A stretch of DNA of 64,000 bases from the human T2T-CHM13v2.0 reference genome, Homo sapiens. This document shows, in pieces, positions 1 to 12,899 of this stretch; the first letter of the stretch is position 1; each line of letters opens with the position of its first letter. The position numbers were made by a program, and so were the translations under genes. The stretch lies in NCBI RefSeq assembly GCF_009914755.1, contig NC_060946.1; one strand, given 5' to 3'. Under the pieces are notes generated by a model, which did no database searches, had not been told where the DNA came from, and worked only from the letters and a program-made list of their open reading frames with translations.

Positions 1-43
1 AATCCATTCCATTCCATTCCATTCCATTCCATTCCGTTCCATT

Positions 44-400
44 CCAATCGGGTTGATTCCATCCCATTCCACTCCATTCCATTCCATTCAACTCCATTCC
101 ATTCCATTTCACTCCATTACATTCCATTCCATTCCACCCGGATTGAATCCATTCCATTCCATTCCATTGCATTCCATTCCATTCCATTCCATTCCATTCC
201 ATTCCATTCCATTCCGTTCCATTCCAATCGGGTTGATTCCATCCCATTCCACTCCATTCCATTCCATTCAACTCCATTCCATTCCATTTCACTCCATTAC
301 ATTACATTCCATTCCACCCGGATTGAATCCATTCCATTCCATTCCATTCCATTCCCTTACATTACATTCCAGTTGATTTCATTGGATTCGATTCCGTTCC
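44..400 (+). repeat. ~160-180 bp subunit X, 2 copies (also 2 at 7842, 3 at 16730, 1 at 36952)
   Basis: Marker CACCCGGATTGAATC at 135, 315; 7933, 8103; 16821, 16986, 17146; 37043. Confidence 0.9.
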
Positions 401-424
401 ATTCCATTCCATTCCATTCCATTC

Positions 425-1865
425 CACTCGAGTTGATTCCAATCCATTCCATTGCATTACATTCCATTTCATTCCAATCGTGTGGATTCCATTCCAATCC
501 ATTCCATTCCACTCGGGTTGATTCCATTCCGTTCCTTTCCATTCCATTCCATTCCATTCCATTTCATTCCATTCCGTTCCATTCCATTCGTGTTGATTGC
601 ATTCTATTCCACTCCAATCCATTCCATTCCATTCCAATCCATTCCATTCCATTAAATTCCACTCGCATTCAATCTATTCCATACCATTTCATTCCGTTCT
701 GTTCCATTCCATTCTATTGGATTCCATACCATTCCATTCCACTCGGGATGATTCCATTCCATTCCACTATATTCCGTTCCATTCCATTACTTTCCACTCC
801 ACTCGGGTTGATTCCATTCCATTCCATTCCATTCCTTTCCATTCCACTCGGGTTGTTTCCTTTCCATTCCTTTACATTTCATTCTATTCCATTCCATTCT
901 ATTCCATTCCATTCCACTCCATTCCATTCCATTCCTCTCCGGTTATTCCATTCCATTCCATTCCATTCCACTCGGGTTGCTTCCATTCCGTTCCATTACA
1001 TTTTATTCCCTTCCATTCCGTTCCATTACATTCCATTCTATACCATTCCACTCGGGTTGATTCCATACCATTCTACTCCATTCCATTCCATTAAATTCCA
1101 TTCCATTCCATTCCACTCGGGTTGATTCCATTCCATTCCATTCCATTAAATTCCATTCCATTCCATTCCATTCCATTCCATTCCATTCCATTCCACTCGA
1201 GTTGATTCCAATCCATTCCATTGCATTACATTCCATTTCATTCCAATCGTGTGGATTCCATTCCAATCCATTCCATTCCACTCGGGTTGATTCCATTCCG
1301 TTCCTTTCCATTCCATTCCATTCCATTCCATTTCATTCCATTCCGTTCCATTCCATTCGTGTTGATTGCATTCTATTCCACTCCAATCCATTCCATTCCA
1401 TTCCAATCCATTCCATTCCATTAAATTCCACTCGCATTCAATCTATTCCATACCATTTCTTTCCGTTCTGTTCCATTCCATTCTATTGGATTCCATACCA
1501 TTCCATTCCACTCGGGATGATTCCATTCCATTCCACTATATTCCGTTCCATTCCAATACTTTCCACTCCACTCGGGTTGATTCCATTCCATTCCATTCCA
1601 TTCCTTTCCATTCCTTTACATTTCATTCTATTCCATTCCATTCTATTCCATTCCATTCCACTCCATTCCATTCCATTCCTCTCTGGTTATTCCATTCCAT
1701 TCCATTCCATTCCACTCGGGTTGCTTCCATTCCGTTCCATTACATTTTATTCCATTCCATTCCATTCCATTACATTCCATTCTATACCATTCCACTCGGG
1801 TTGATTCCATACCATTCTATTCCATTCCATTCCATTAAATTCCATTCCATTCCATTCCACTCGGG
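425..1865 (+). repeat. Tandem pair of ~770 bp module A
   Basis: CTCGAG at 427 and 1196 and TGTGGATTCC at 481 and 1250 (769 bp apart), with colinear downstream variants. Confidence 0.88.
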
Positions 1866-2440
1866 TTGATTCCATTCCATTCCATTCCATTCCATTCCAT
1901 TCCATTCCATTCCAATCCATTCCGTTCCGTTCTGTTCCGTTCCATTCCATTCCATTCCATTAAATTCCATTCCATTCCATTCCATTCCATTCCATTCCAT
2001 TCCATTGAATTCCTTTCTACTCGGGTTGTTTCTATTCCATTCCAGTTGTTTCCATTCCATTCCATTACATTCCATTCTATTCCATTCCATTCCATTCCAT
2101 TCCACTCCATTCCATTCCATTCCTCTCCGGTTATTCCATTCCATTCCACTCGGTTTGTTTCCATTCCTTTCCATTCCATTTTATTCCATTCCATTCCATT
2201 ACATTCCATTACATTCTATAGCATTCCACTCGGGTTGATTCCATACCATTCTATTCCATTCCATTCCATTAAATTGCATTCCATTCCATTCCACTCGGGT
2301 CGATTCCATTCCATTCCATTCCATTGCATTCCGTTCCATTCCATTCCATTCCATTCCATTTAATTCCATTCCATTCCATTCCACTCGTGTAGATTCCATT
2401 CCATTCCATTCCATTCCATTCCATTCCATTCCATTCCATT

Positions 2441-5330
2441 AGTTTCTAATCGGGTTGATTCCAATCCATTCCATTATATTCAAGTCCTTTCCGTTCCATG
2501 CCATTCCACTCGGGTTGTTTCCATTTTGTTGTATTCCATTCCATTCCATTCCATTCCATTCCATTCCATTGCATTCCATTCCACTCGGGTTGTTTCCATT
2601 CCTTTCCATTAGTTTCCATTCCATTGCATTCCTTTTCATTCCATTCCATTCCATTCATTTCCACTCAGGGTGATTCCATTCCATTCCATTAAAATGCATT
2701 CCATTCCTGTTGATAGAATTGCATTGCATTGTTTCCATTCCATTCTATTCCATTCCATTCCACTCGGTTTGATTCATTTCCATTCCATTCCATTCCATTC
2801 CATTTCATTCCATTCCATTACATTCCATTCCTCTCAGTTTGAAGCCATTCCATTCCATGCCCCTTTATTTCATTCCATTCCATTCCATTCCATTCCATTC
2901 CATTCCATTCCATTTCATTCCATACCATTGCGCCAACGTTGATTGCATGCTATTCCATTCCATACCATTCCATTCCATTTCTTTAGACTTGGGTTGATTC
3001 CATTCCATTCAATCCCGTTCGGTTCCGTTCCATTCCTTTCCGTTCCATTCCATTTCATTCCATTGCATTCCACTGGGGTTGATTCCATTCCATTCCATTC
3101 CATTCCATTCCATTCCATTGCATTCCATTCCATACACTTCGGGTTGATTCCTTTCCATTCAATTCCATTCCATACAATTCCACTCCATTCCGTTCCATTC
3201 CATTCGGGTTGATTCTGTTCCATTCCATGACCTTTTATTCCATTCCATTCCATTCCATTCCATTCCATTCCATTCCATTCCATTCCATACCATTCCACCA
3301 AAGTTGATTGCATGTTATTCCATTCCATTCCATTCCATTCCATTCCGCTCGGGTAGATTCCATACAATTCCATTCCATTGATTCCTTTCCATTCCATTCC
3401 ATTCCAGTCGGGTTGTTTCCATTCCATTCCTTTCCATTCCATTCCATTCCTTTCCATTCCATTCCTCTCGGGTTGATTCCGTTGCATTCCATTCCATTCC
3501 ATTGCATTTGGTTTGATTCCAGTCCCTAACATTGCATTCCATTCCATTCCATTCCATTCCATTAGTTTCTAATCGGGTTGATTCCAATCCATTCCATTAT
3601 ATTCAAGTCCTTTCCGTTCCATGCCATTCCACTCGGGTTGTTTCCATTTTGTTGTATTCCATTCCATTCCATTCCATTCCATTGCATTCCATTCCATTCC
3701 ATTGCATTCCATTCCACTCGGGTTGTTTCCATTCCTTTCCATTAGTTTCCATTCCATTCCATTCCTTTCCATTCCATTCCATTCCATTCATTTCCACTCA
3801 GGGTGATTCCATTCCATTCCATTAAAATGCATTCCATTCCTGTTGATAGCATTGCATTGCATTGTTTCCATTCCATTCCATTCCATTACACTCGGTTTGA
3901 TTCAATTCCATTCAATTCCATTCCATTCCATTCCATTCCATTACACTCGGTTTGATTCAATTCCATTCAATTCCATTCCATTCCATTCCATTACACTCGG
4001 TTTGATTCATTTCCAATCCATTCCATTCCATTCCATTCCATTCCATTCCTCTCAGTTTGAAGCCATTCCATTCCATGCCCCTTTATTTCATTCCATTTCA
4101 TTCCATTCCATTCCATACCATTGCGCCAACGTTGATTGCATGCTATTCCATTCCATACCATTCCATTCCATTTTTTTAGACTTGGGTTGATTCCATTCCA
4201 TTCAATTCCGTTCGGTTCCGTTCCATTCTTTTCCATTCCGTTGCATTTCATTCCATTGCATTCCACTGGGGTTGATTCCATTCCATTCCATTCCATACCA
4301 TTCCATTCCATTCCATTCCATACCATTCCATTCCATTCCATTGCATTCCATTCCATACACTTCGGGTTGATTCCTTTCCATTCAATTCCATTCCATACAA
4401 TTCCACTCCATTCCGTTCCATTCCATTCGGGTTGATTCTGTTCCATTCCATGACCTTTTATTCCATTCCATTCCATTCCATTCCATTCCATTCCATTCCA
4501 TACCATTCCACCAAAGTTGATTGCATGTTATTCCATTCCATTCCATTCCATTCCATTCCACTCGGGTAGATTCCATACAATTCCATTCCATTGATTCCTT
4601 TCCATTCCATTCCATTCCAGTCGGGTTGTTTCCATTCCATTCCTTTCCATTCCATTCCATTCCATTCCTTTCCATTCCATTCCTCTCGGCTTGATTCCGT
4701 TGCATTCCATTCCATTCCATTGCACTTGGGTTGATTCCAGTCCCTAACATTGCATTCCATTCCATTCCATGCCATTCCATTCCATTCCATTAGTTTCTAA
4801 TCAGGTTGATTCCAATCCATTCCATTTTATTCAAGTCCTTTCCATTCCATGCCATTCTATTCGGGTTGTTTCCATTTTGTTGTATTCCATTCCATTCCAT
4901 TCCATTGCATTCCATTCCACTCGGGTTTTTCCATTCCTTTCCATTAGTTTGCATTCCATTCCATTCCTTTCCATTCCATTCCATTCCATTCATTTCCACT
5001 CAGGGTGATTCCATTCCATTCCATTAAAATGCATTCCATTCCTGTTGATAGCATTGCATTGCATTGTTTCCATTCCATTCTATTCCATTCCATTCCATTC
5101 CATTACACTCGGTTTGATTCAATTCCATTCAATTCCATTCCATTCCATTCCATTCCATTACACTCGGTTTGATTCAATTCCATTCAATTCCATTCCATTC
5201 CATTCCATTACATTACACTCGGTTTGATTCATTTCCATTGCATTCCATTCCATTCCATTCCATTCCATTCCATTCCATTCTTCTCAGTTTGAAGCCATTC
5301 CATTCCATGCCCCTTTATTTCATTCCATTC
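2441..5330 (+). repeat. ~1.2 kb module B, ~2.4 tandem copies
   Basis: AGTTTCTAAT at 2441, 3564, 4792; CGCCAACGTT at 2931, 4124; AGTCCCTAAC at 3521, 4739; CTCAGTTTGAAGCC occurs three times. Confidence 0.9.
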
Positions 5331-8300
5331 CATTCCATTCCCTTTCATTCCATTCCATTTCATTCCACTTCTGTTTATTCCTTTCCACTCCATTCCATTC
5401 CATTCCATTGCATTCCATTCCATTCCATTCCCTTCCATTCGGGTTTATTCCATTTCATTCCATTCCATTCCATTCCATTGCATTCCATTCCTTTCCATTC
5501 CATTCCAGTTCTTTCCATTCCATTCCATTCCATTTGTGTTGATTCCATTCCATTCCATTCCATTCCTTTCCACTGCAATCCGTTACATTACATTCCACTC
5601 GGGTTGAATCCTTTGCTTTCCATTCCAATGCATTCCCTTCCATTCAATTCCACTCGGATTCAATCAATTCCGTTCCATTGCATTCCGTTCTGTTCCACTC
5701 CATTCCATTGCATTCCATACCATTCCATTCCACCCGGGTTGATTCCATTGATTTCCATTCCATCCCATTCCATTCCATTCCATTCCATTCTATTGCATTC
5801 CATTCCATTCCATTCCACTCGGGTTGATTCCATTCCATTCCTTTCCACTCCACTCGGGTTGATTCCATTCCATTCCATTCCATTGCATTTCATTCCATTC
5901 CATTGCATTCCATTCCTTTCCATTCCACTCGTGTTGATTCCCTTCCATTCCATTCCATTCCATTGCATTTTTGTTGATTCCATTCCGTTCCTTTCCATTT
6001 CATTCCATACCGTTCCATTCCATTCCATTCCGTTCCATTCCATTCGTGTTGATTCCATTCCATTCCATTCCACTCCATTCCAATCCATTACATTCCACAA
6101 GGGTTGAATCCATTCCTTGCCATTCCAATCCATTGCATTCCTTTCCAATCCATTCCATTCCATTCAATTCCACTTGGATTCAATCTATTCTTTCCATTCC
6201 ATTCCGTTCTGTTCCATTCCATTCCAATGCATTAGATACCATTCCATTCCACTCGGGATGATTCCATTCAATTCCATTATATTCCGTTCAATTCCTTTGC
6301 ATTCCATTCCATTCCATTCCGCTTGGGTGGATTCCATTCCATTCCATTCCATTCCATTCCATTTATCTCGGGTTGATTCCATTCCGTTCCTTTCCATTTT
6401 ATTCCATTCCATTCCATTTCATTCCATTCCATTCCATTCCATTCCATTCCACTCCACTCCGGTTGATTCCACTCCATTCCATTCCATTTCATTCCATTCC
6501 ACTTCACTCGAGTTGATTCCATTCCATTCCATTGCATTTTATTCCATTCCATTCCGTTCCTTTCCTTTCCATTCCATACCATTCCACGCGGGTTGATTCC
6601 ATACCATTCCATTCCATTCCATTCCATGAAATTCCATTCCATTCCACTCCACTCGGGTTGATTCCTTTCCATTCCATTCTATTCCATTCCATTCCATTCC
6701 ATTCCATTCCATTCCATTCCATTCGGGTTTATTCCATTCCATTCCATTGCATTCCATTCCATTCCATTCCATTCCATTCGGGTTTATTCCATTCCATTCC
6801 ATTCCATTACATTCCATTCCACTCCACTCCATTCCATTCTATTCCACTCCACTCAATTCCATTCCATTCCACTCGGGTTGATTCCGTTCCATTCCATTCC
6901 AATCCTTTCCATTCCATTCCATTCCATTCCATTCCATTCCATTCCATTCCATTCGGGTTCATTCCATTCCATTCCATTCCATTCCTTTCCATTCCATTCC
7001 ATTCCGTTCCATTCCATTCCATTCCATTCCATTCCACTCGGGTTGATTCCATTCCATTCCATTCCATTCCATTCCCTTCCATTCCATTCCATTATTTTCT
7101 AATCGGGTTGATTCCAATCCATTCCATTATATTCAAGTCCTTTCCATTCCATGCCATTCTACTCGGGTTGTTTCCATTTTGTTGTATTCCATTCCATTCC
7201 ATTCCATTCCATTCCATTCCATTCCATTCCATTGCATTCCATTCCACTCGGGTTGTTTCCGTTCCGTTCCATTTGTTTCCATTCCATTCCATTCCTTTCA
7301 ATTCCATTCCATTCCATTCCATTCCTTTCCACTGAGGGTGATTCCATTCCATTGATTCCAATGCATTCCATTCCAGTTGATACCATTGCTTTGCATTGTT
7401 TCCATTTCAATCCATTCCATTACATTACATTCCACTCCACTCGGTTTGATTCATTTCCATTCCACTCCATTCCATTCCATTCCATTCCATTCCTGTCGCG
7501 ATGATTCCATTCAATTCCATGGCCTTTTATTCCATTCCATTCCATTCCATTCCATTCCATTCCATTCCATTCCATTCCTTTCCACTCGGGTTGATTCCAT
7601 TCCATTCAATTGCATTCCGTTCCGTTCCATTCCATTCCATTTCATTCCATTGCATTCCATTCCATTACATTACAAGGCATTCCATTCCACTCGGGTTGTT
7701 TCCACTACATTCCAGTAGTTTCAATTCCATTCCATTCCATTCCATTCCATTCCATTCCATTTCATTCCATTCCACTCGGTTTGATTCATTTCCATTCCAA
7801 TCCATTCCATTCCATTCCATTCCATTCCATTCCGTTCCATTCCAATCGGGTTGATTCCATCCCATTCCACTCCATTCCATTCCATTCAACTCCATTCCAT
7901 TCCATTTCACTCCATTACATTCCATTCCATTCCACCCGGATTGAATCCATTCCATTCCATTCCATTGCATTCCATTCCATTCCATTCCATTCCATTCCAT
8001 TCCGTTCCATTCCAATCGGGTTGATTCCATCCCATTCCACTCCATTCCATTCCATTCAACTCCATTCCATTCCATTTCACTCCATTACATTCCATTCCAT
8101 TCCACCCGGATTGAATCCATTCCATTCCATTCCATTCCATTCCATTCCATTACATTCCAGTTGATTTCATTGGATTCGATTCCCTTCCATTCCATTCCAT
8201 TCCATTCCATTCCATTCCACTCGAGTTGATTCCAATGCATTCCATTGCATTACATTCCATTTCATTCCAATCGTGTGGATTCCATTCCAATCCATTCCAT

Positions 8301-9914
8301 TCCACTCGGGTTGATTCCATTCCGTTCCTTTCCATTCCATTCCATTCCATTCCATTTCATTCCATTCCGTTCCATTCCATTCGTGTTGATTGCATTCTAT
8401 TCCACTCCAATCCATTCCATTCCATTCCAATCCATTCCATTGCATTAAATTCCACTCGCATTCAATCTGTTCCATACCATTTCATTCCGTTCTGTTCCAT
8501 TCCATTCTATTGGATTCCATACCATTCCATTCCACTCGGGTTGATTCCATTCCATTCCATTCCATTCCAATCCATTCCTTTCCGTTCCGTTCCGTTCCAT
8601 TCCATTCCATTCCATTAAATTCCATTCCATTCCATTCCATTCCATTCCATTCCATTCTATTCCATTCCATTCCATTCCACTCGAGTTGATTCCAATCCAT
8701 TCCATTGCATTACATTCCATTTCATTCCAATCGTGTGGATTCCATTCCAATCCATTCCATTCCACTCGGGTTGATTCCATTCCGTTCCTTTCCATTCCAT
8801 TCCATTCCATTTCATTCCATTCCGTTCCATTCCATTCGTGTTGATTGCATTGTATTCCACTCCAATCCATTCCATTCCATTCCAATCCATTCCATTCCAT
8901 TAAATTCCACTCGCATTCAATCTATTCCATACCATTTCTTTCCGTTCTGTTCCATTCCATTCTATTGGATTCCATACCATTCCATTCCACTCGGGATGAT
9001 TCCATTCCATTCCACTATATTCCGTTCCATTCCAATACTTTCCACTCCACTCGGGTTGATTCCATTCCATTCCATTCCATTCCTTTCCATTCCTTTACAT
9101 TTCATTCTATTCCATTCCATTCTATTCCATTCCATTCCACTCCATTCCATTCCATTCCTCTCCGGTTATTCCATTCCATTCCATTCCATTCCACTCGGGT
9201 TGCTTCCATTCCGTTCCATTACATTTTATTCCATTCCATTCCATTCCATTCCATTACATTCCATTCTATACCATTCCACTCGGGTTGATTCCATACCATT
9301 CTATTCCATTCCATTCCATTAAATTCCATTCCATTCCATTCCACTCGGGTTGATTCCATTCCATTCCATTCCATTCCATTCCATTCCATTCCATTCCATT
9401 CCAATCCATTCCGTTCCGTTCTGTTCCGTTCCATTCCATTCCATTCCATTAAATTCCATTCCATTCCATTCCATTCCATTCCATTCCATTGAATTCCTTT
9501 CCACTCGGGTTGTTTCCATTCCATTCCAGTTGTTTCCATTCCATTCCATTACATTCCATTCTATTCCATTCCATTCCATTCCATTCCACTCCATTCCATT
9601 CCATTCCTCTCCGGTTATTCCATTCCATTCCACTCGGTTTGTTTCCATTCCATTCCATTCCATTTTATTCCATTCCATTCCATTCCATTCCATTACATTC
9701 TATAGCATTCCACTCGGGTTGATTCCATACCATTCTATTCCATTCCATTCCATTAAATTGCATTCCATTCCATTCCACTCGGGTCGATTCCATTCCATTC
9801 CATTCCATTGCATTCCGTTCCATTCCATTCCATTCCATTCAATTTAATTCCATTCCATTCCATTCCACTCGTGTAGATTCCATTCCATTCCATTCCATTC
9901 CATTCCATTCCATT

Positions 9915-12830
9915 AGTTTCTAATCGGGTTGATTCCAATCCATTCCATTATATTCAAGTCCTTTCCGTTCCATGCCATTCCACTCGGGTTGTTTCCATTT
10001 TGTTGTATTCCATTCCATTCCATTCCATTCCATTCCATTCCATTGCATTCCATTCCACTCGGGTTGTTTCCATTCCTTTCCATTAGTTTCCATTCCATTC
10101 CATTCCTTTTCATTCCATTCCATTCCATTCATTTCCACTCAGGGTGATTCCATTCCATTCCATTAAAATGCATTCCATTCCTGTTGATAGAATTGCATTG
10201 CATTGTTTCCATTCCATTCTATTCCATTCCATTCCACTCGGTTTGATTCATTTCCATTCCATTCCATTCCATTCCATTTCATTCCATTCCATTACATTCC
10301 ATTCCTCTCAGTTTGAAGCCATTCCATTCCATGCCCCTTTATTTCATTCCATTCCATTCCATTCCATTCCATTCCATTCCATTCCATTCCATTCCATTTC
10401 ATTCCATACCATTGCGCCAACGTTGATTGCATGCTATTCCATTCCATACCATTCCATTCCATTTCTTTAGACTTGGGTTGATTCCATTCCATTCAATCCC
10501 GTTCGGTTCCGTTCCATTCCTTTCCGTTCCATTCCATTTCATTCCATTGCATTCCACTGGGGTTGATTCCATTCCATTCCATTCCATTCCATTCCATTCC
10601 ATTCCATTCCATTCCATACACTTCGGGTTGATTCCTTTCCATTCAATTCCATTCCATACAATTCCACTCCATTCCGTTCCATTCCATTCGGGTTGATTCT
10701 GTTCCATTCCATGACCTTTTATTCCATTCCATTCCATTTCATTCCATTCCATTCCATTCCATTCCATACCATTCCACCAAAGTTGATTGCATGTTATTCC
10801 ATTCCATTCCATTCCATTCCACTCGGGTAGATTCCATACAATTCCATTCCATTGATTCCTTTCCATTCCATTCCATTCCAGTCGGGTTGTTTCCATTCCA
10901 TTCCTTTCCATTCCATTCCATTCCATTCCTTTCCATTCCATTCCTCTCGGGTTGATTCCGTTGCATTCCATTCCATTCCATTGCATTTGGGTTGATTCCA
11001 GTCCCTAACATTGCATTCCATTCCATTCCATTCCATTCCATTAGTTTCTAATCGGGTTGATTCCAATCCATTCCATTATATTCAAGTCCTTTCCGTTCCA
11101 TGCCATTCCACTCGGGTTGTTTCCATTTTGTTGTATTCCATTCCATTCCATTCCATTCCATTGCATTCCATTCCATTCCATTGCATTCCATTCCACTCGG
11201 GTTGTTTCCATTCCTTTCCATTAGTTTCCATTCCATTCCATTCCTTTCCATTCCATTCCATTCCATTCATTTCCACTCAGGGTGATTCCATTCCATTCCA
11301 TTAAAATGCATTCCATTCCTGTTGATAGCATTGCATTGCATTGTTTCCATTCCATTCCATTCCATTACACTCGGTTTGATTCAATTCCATTCCATTCCAT
11401 TCCATTCCATTCCATTCCATTCCATTACACTCGGTTTGATTCAATTCCATTCCATTCCATTCCATTCCATTCCATTACACTCGGTTTGATTCATTTCCAT
11501 TCCATTCCATTCCATTCCATTCCATTCCATTCCATTCCTCTCAGTTTGAAGCCATTCCATTCCATGCCCCTTTATTTCATTCCATTTCATTCCATTCCAT
11601 TCCATACCATTGCGCCAACGTTGATTGCATGCTATTCCATTCCATACCATTCCATTCCATTTTTTTAGACTTGGGTTGATTCCATTCCATTCAATTCCGT
11701 TCGGTTCCGTTCCATTCTTTTCCATTCCGTTGCATTTCATTCCATTGCATTCCACTGGGGTTGATTCCATTCCATTCCATTCCATACCATTCCATTCCAT
11801 TCCATTCCATACCATTCCATTCCATTCCATTGCATTCCATTCCATACACTTCGGGTTGATTCCTTTCCATTCAATTCCATTCCATACAATTCCACTCCAT
11901 TCCGTTCCATTCCATTCGGGTTGATTCTGTTCCATTCCATGACCTTTTATTCCATTCCAGTCCATTCCATTCCATTCCATTCCATTCCATACCATTCCAC
12001 CAAAGTTGATTGCATGTTATTCCATTCCATTCCATTCCATTCCATTCCACTCGGGTAGATTCCATACAATTCCATTCCATTGATTCCTTTCCATTCCATT
12101 CCATTCCAGTCGGGTTGTTTCCATTCCATTCCTTTCCATTCCATTCCATTCCATTCCTTTCCATTCCATTCCTCTCGGGTTGATTCCGTTGCATTCCATT
12201 CCATTCCATTGCACTTGGGTTGATTCCAGTCCCTAACATTGCATTCCATTCCATTCCATGCCATTCCATTCCATTCCATTAGTTTCTAATCAGGTTGATT
12301 CCAATCCATTCCATTTTATTCAAGTCCTTTCCATTCCATGCCATTCTATTCGGGTTGTTTCCATTTTGTTGTATTCCATTCCATTCCATTCCATTCCATT
12401 CCATTGCATTCCATTCCACTCGGGTTTTTCCATTCCTTTCCATTAGTTTGCATTCCATTCCATTCCTTTCCATTCCATTCCATTCCATTCATTTCCACTC
12501 AGGGTGATTCCATTCCATTCCATTAAAATGCATTCCATTCCTGTTGATAGCATTGCATTGCATTGTTTCCATTCCATTCTATTCCATTCCATTCCATTCC
12601 ATTACACTCGGTTTGATTCAATTCCATTCAATTCCATTCCATTCCATTCCATTCCATTACACTCGGTTTGATTCAATTCCATTCAATTCCATTCCATTCC
12701 ATTCCATTCCATTACACTCGGTTTGATTCATTTCCATTGCATTCCATTCCATTCCATTCCATTCCATTCCATTCCATTCCTCTCAGTTTGAAGCCATTCC
12801 ATTCCATGCCCCTTTATTTCATTCCATTCC
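9915..12830 (+). repeat. ~1.2 kb module B, ~2.4 tandem copies (HOR copy 2)
   Basis: AGTTTCTAAT at 9915, 11043, 12281; CGCCAACG at 10415, 11613; AGTCCCTAAC at 11000, 12228. Confidence 0.9.
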
Positions 12831-12899
12831 ATTCCATTCCATTCCATTCCATTCCATTCCCTTTCATTCCATTCCATTTCATTCCACTTCTGTTTATTC

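Larger units (their letters stand above)
44..7841 (+). repeat. Young higher-order repeat (HOR) copy 1, ~7.8 kb
   Basis: Starts at CCAATCGGGTTGATTCCATCCC (44); the same start recurs at 7842 and 16730. Markers recur in order in copy 2: GAATTC 2007/9491, CGCCAACGTT 2931/10415 and 4124/11613, ATTAGATACC 6231/13750, TCGCGA 7496/16394. Bases 1-43 match the tail of the unit, so the array continues upstream. Confidence 0.9.

Noticed and set aside
44-400. ~170 bp period suggesting alpha-satellite
   Set aside because: The sequence is CATTC-derived, the period varies from 160 to 180 bp, and there is no alphoid similarity or CENP-B box.
6620-6640. CCATGAAATTCC as a canonical heat-shock element
   Set aside because: Spacing is TTC-3-GAA-1-TTC rather than TTC-2-GAA-2-TTC. 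The other GAA variants I checked are also out of register; the scan was not exhaustive.
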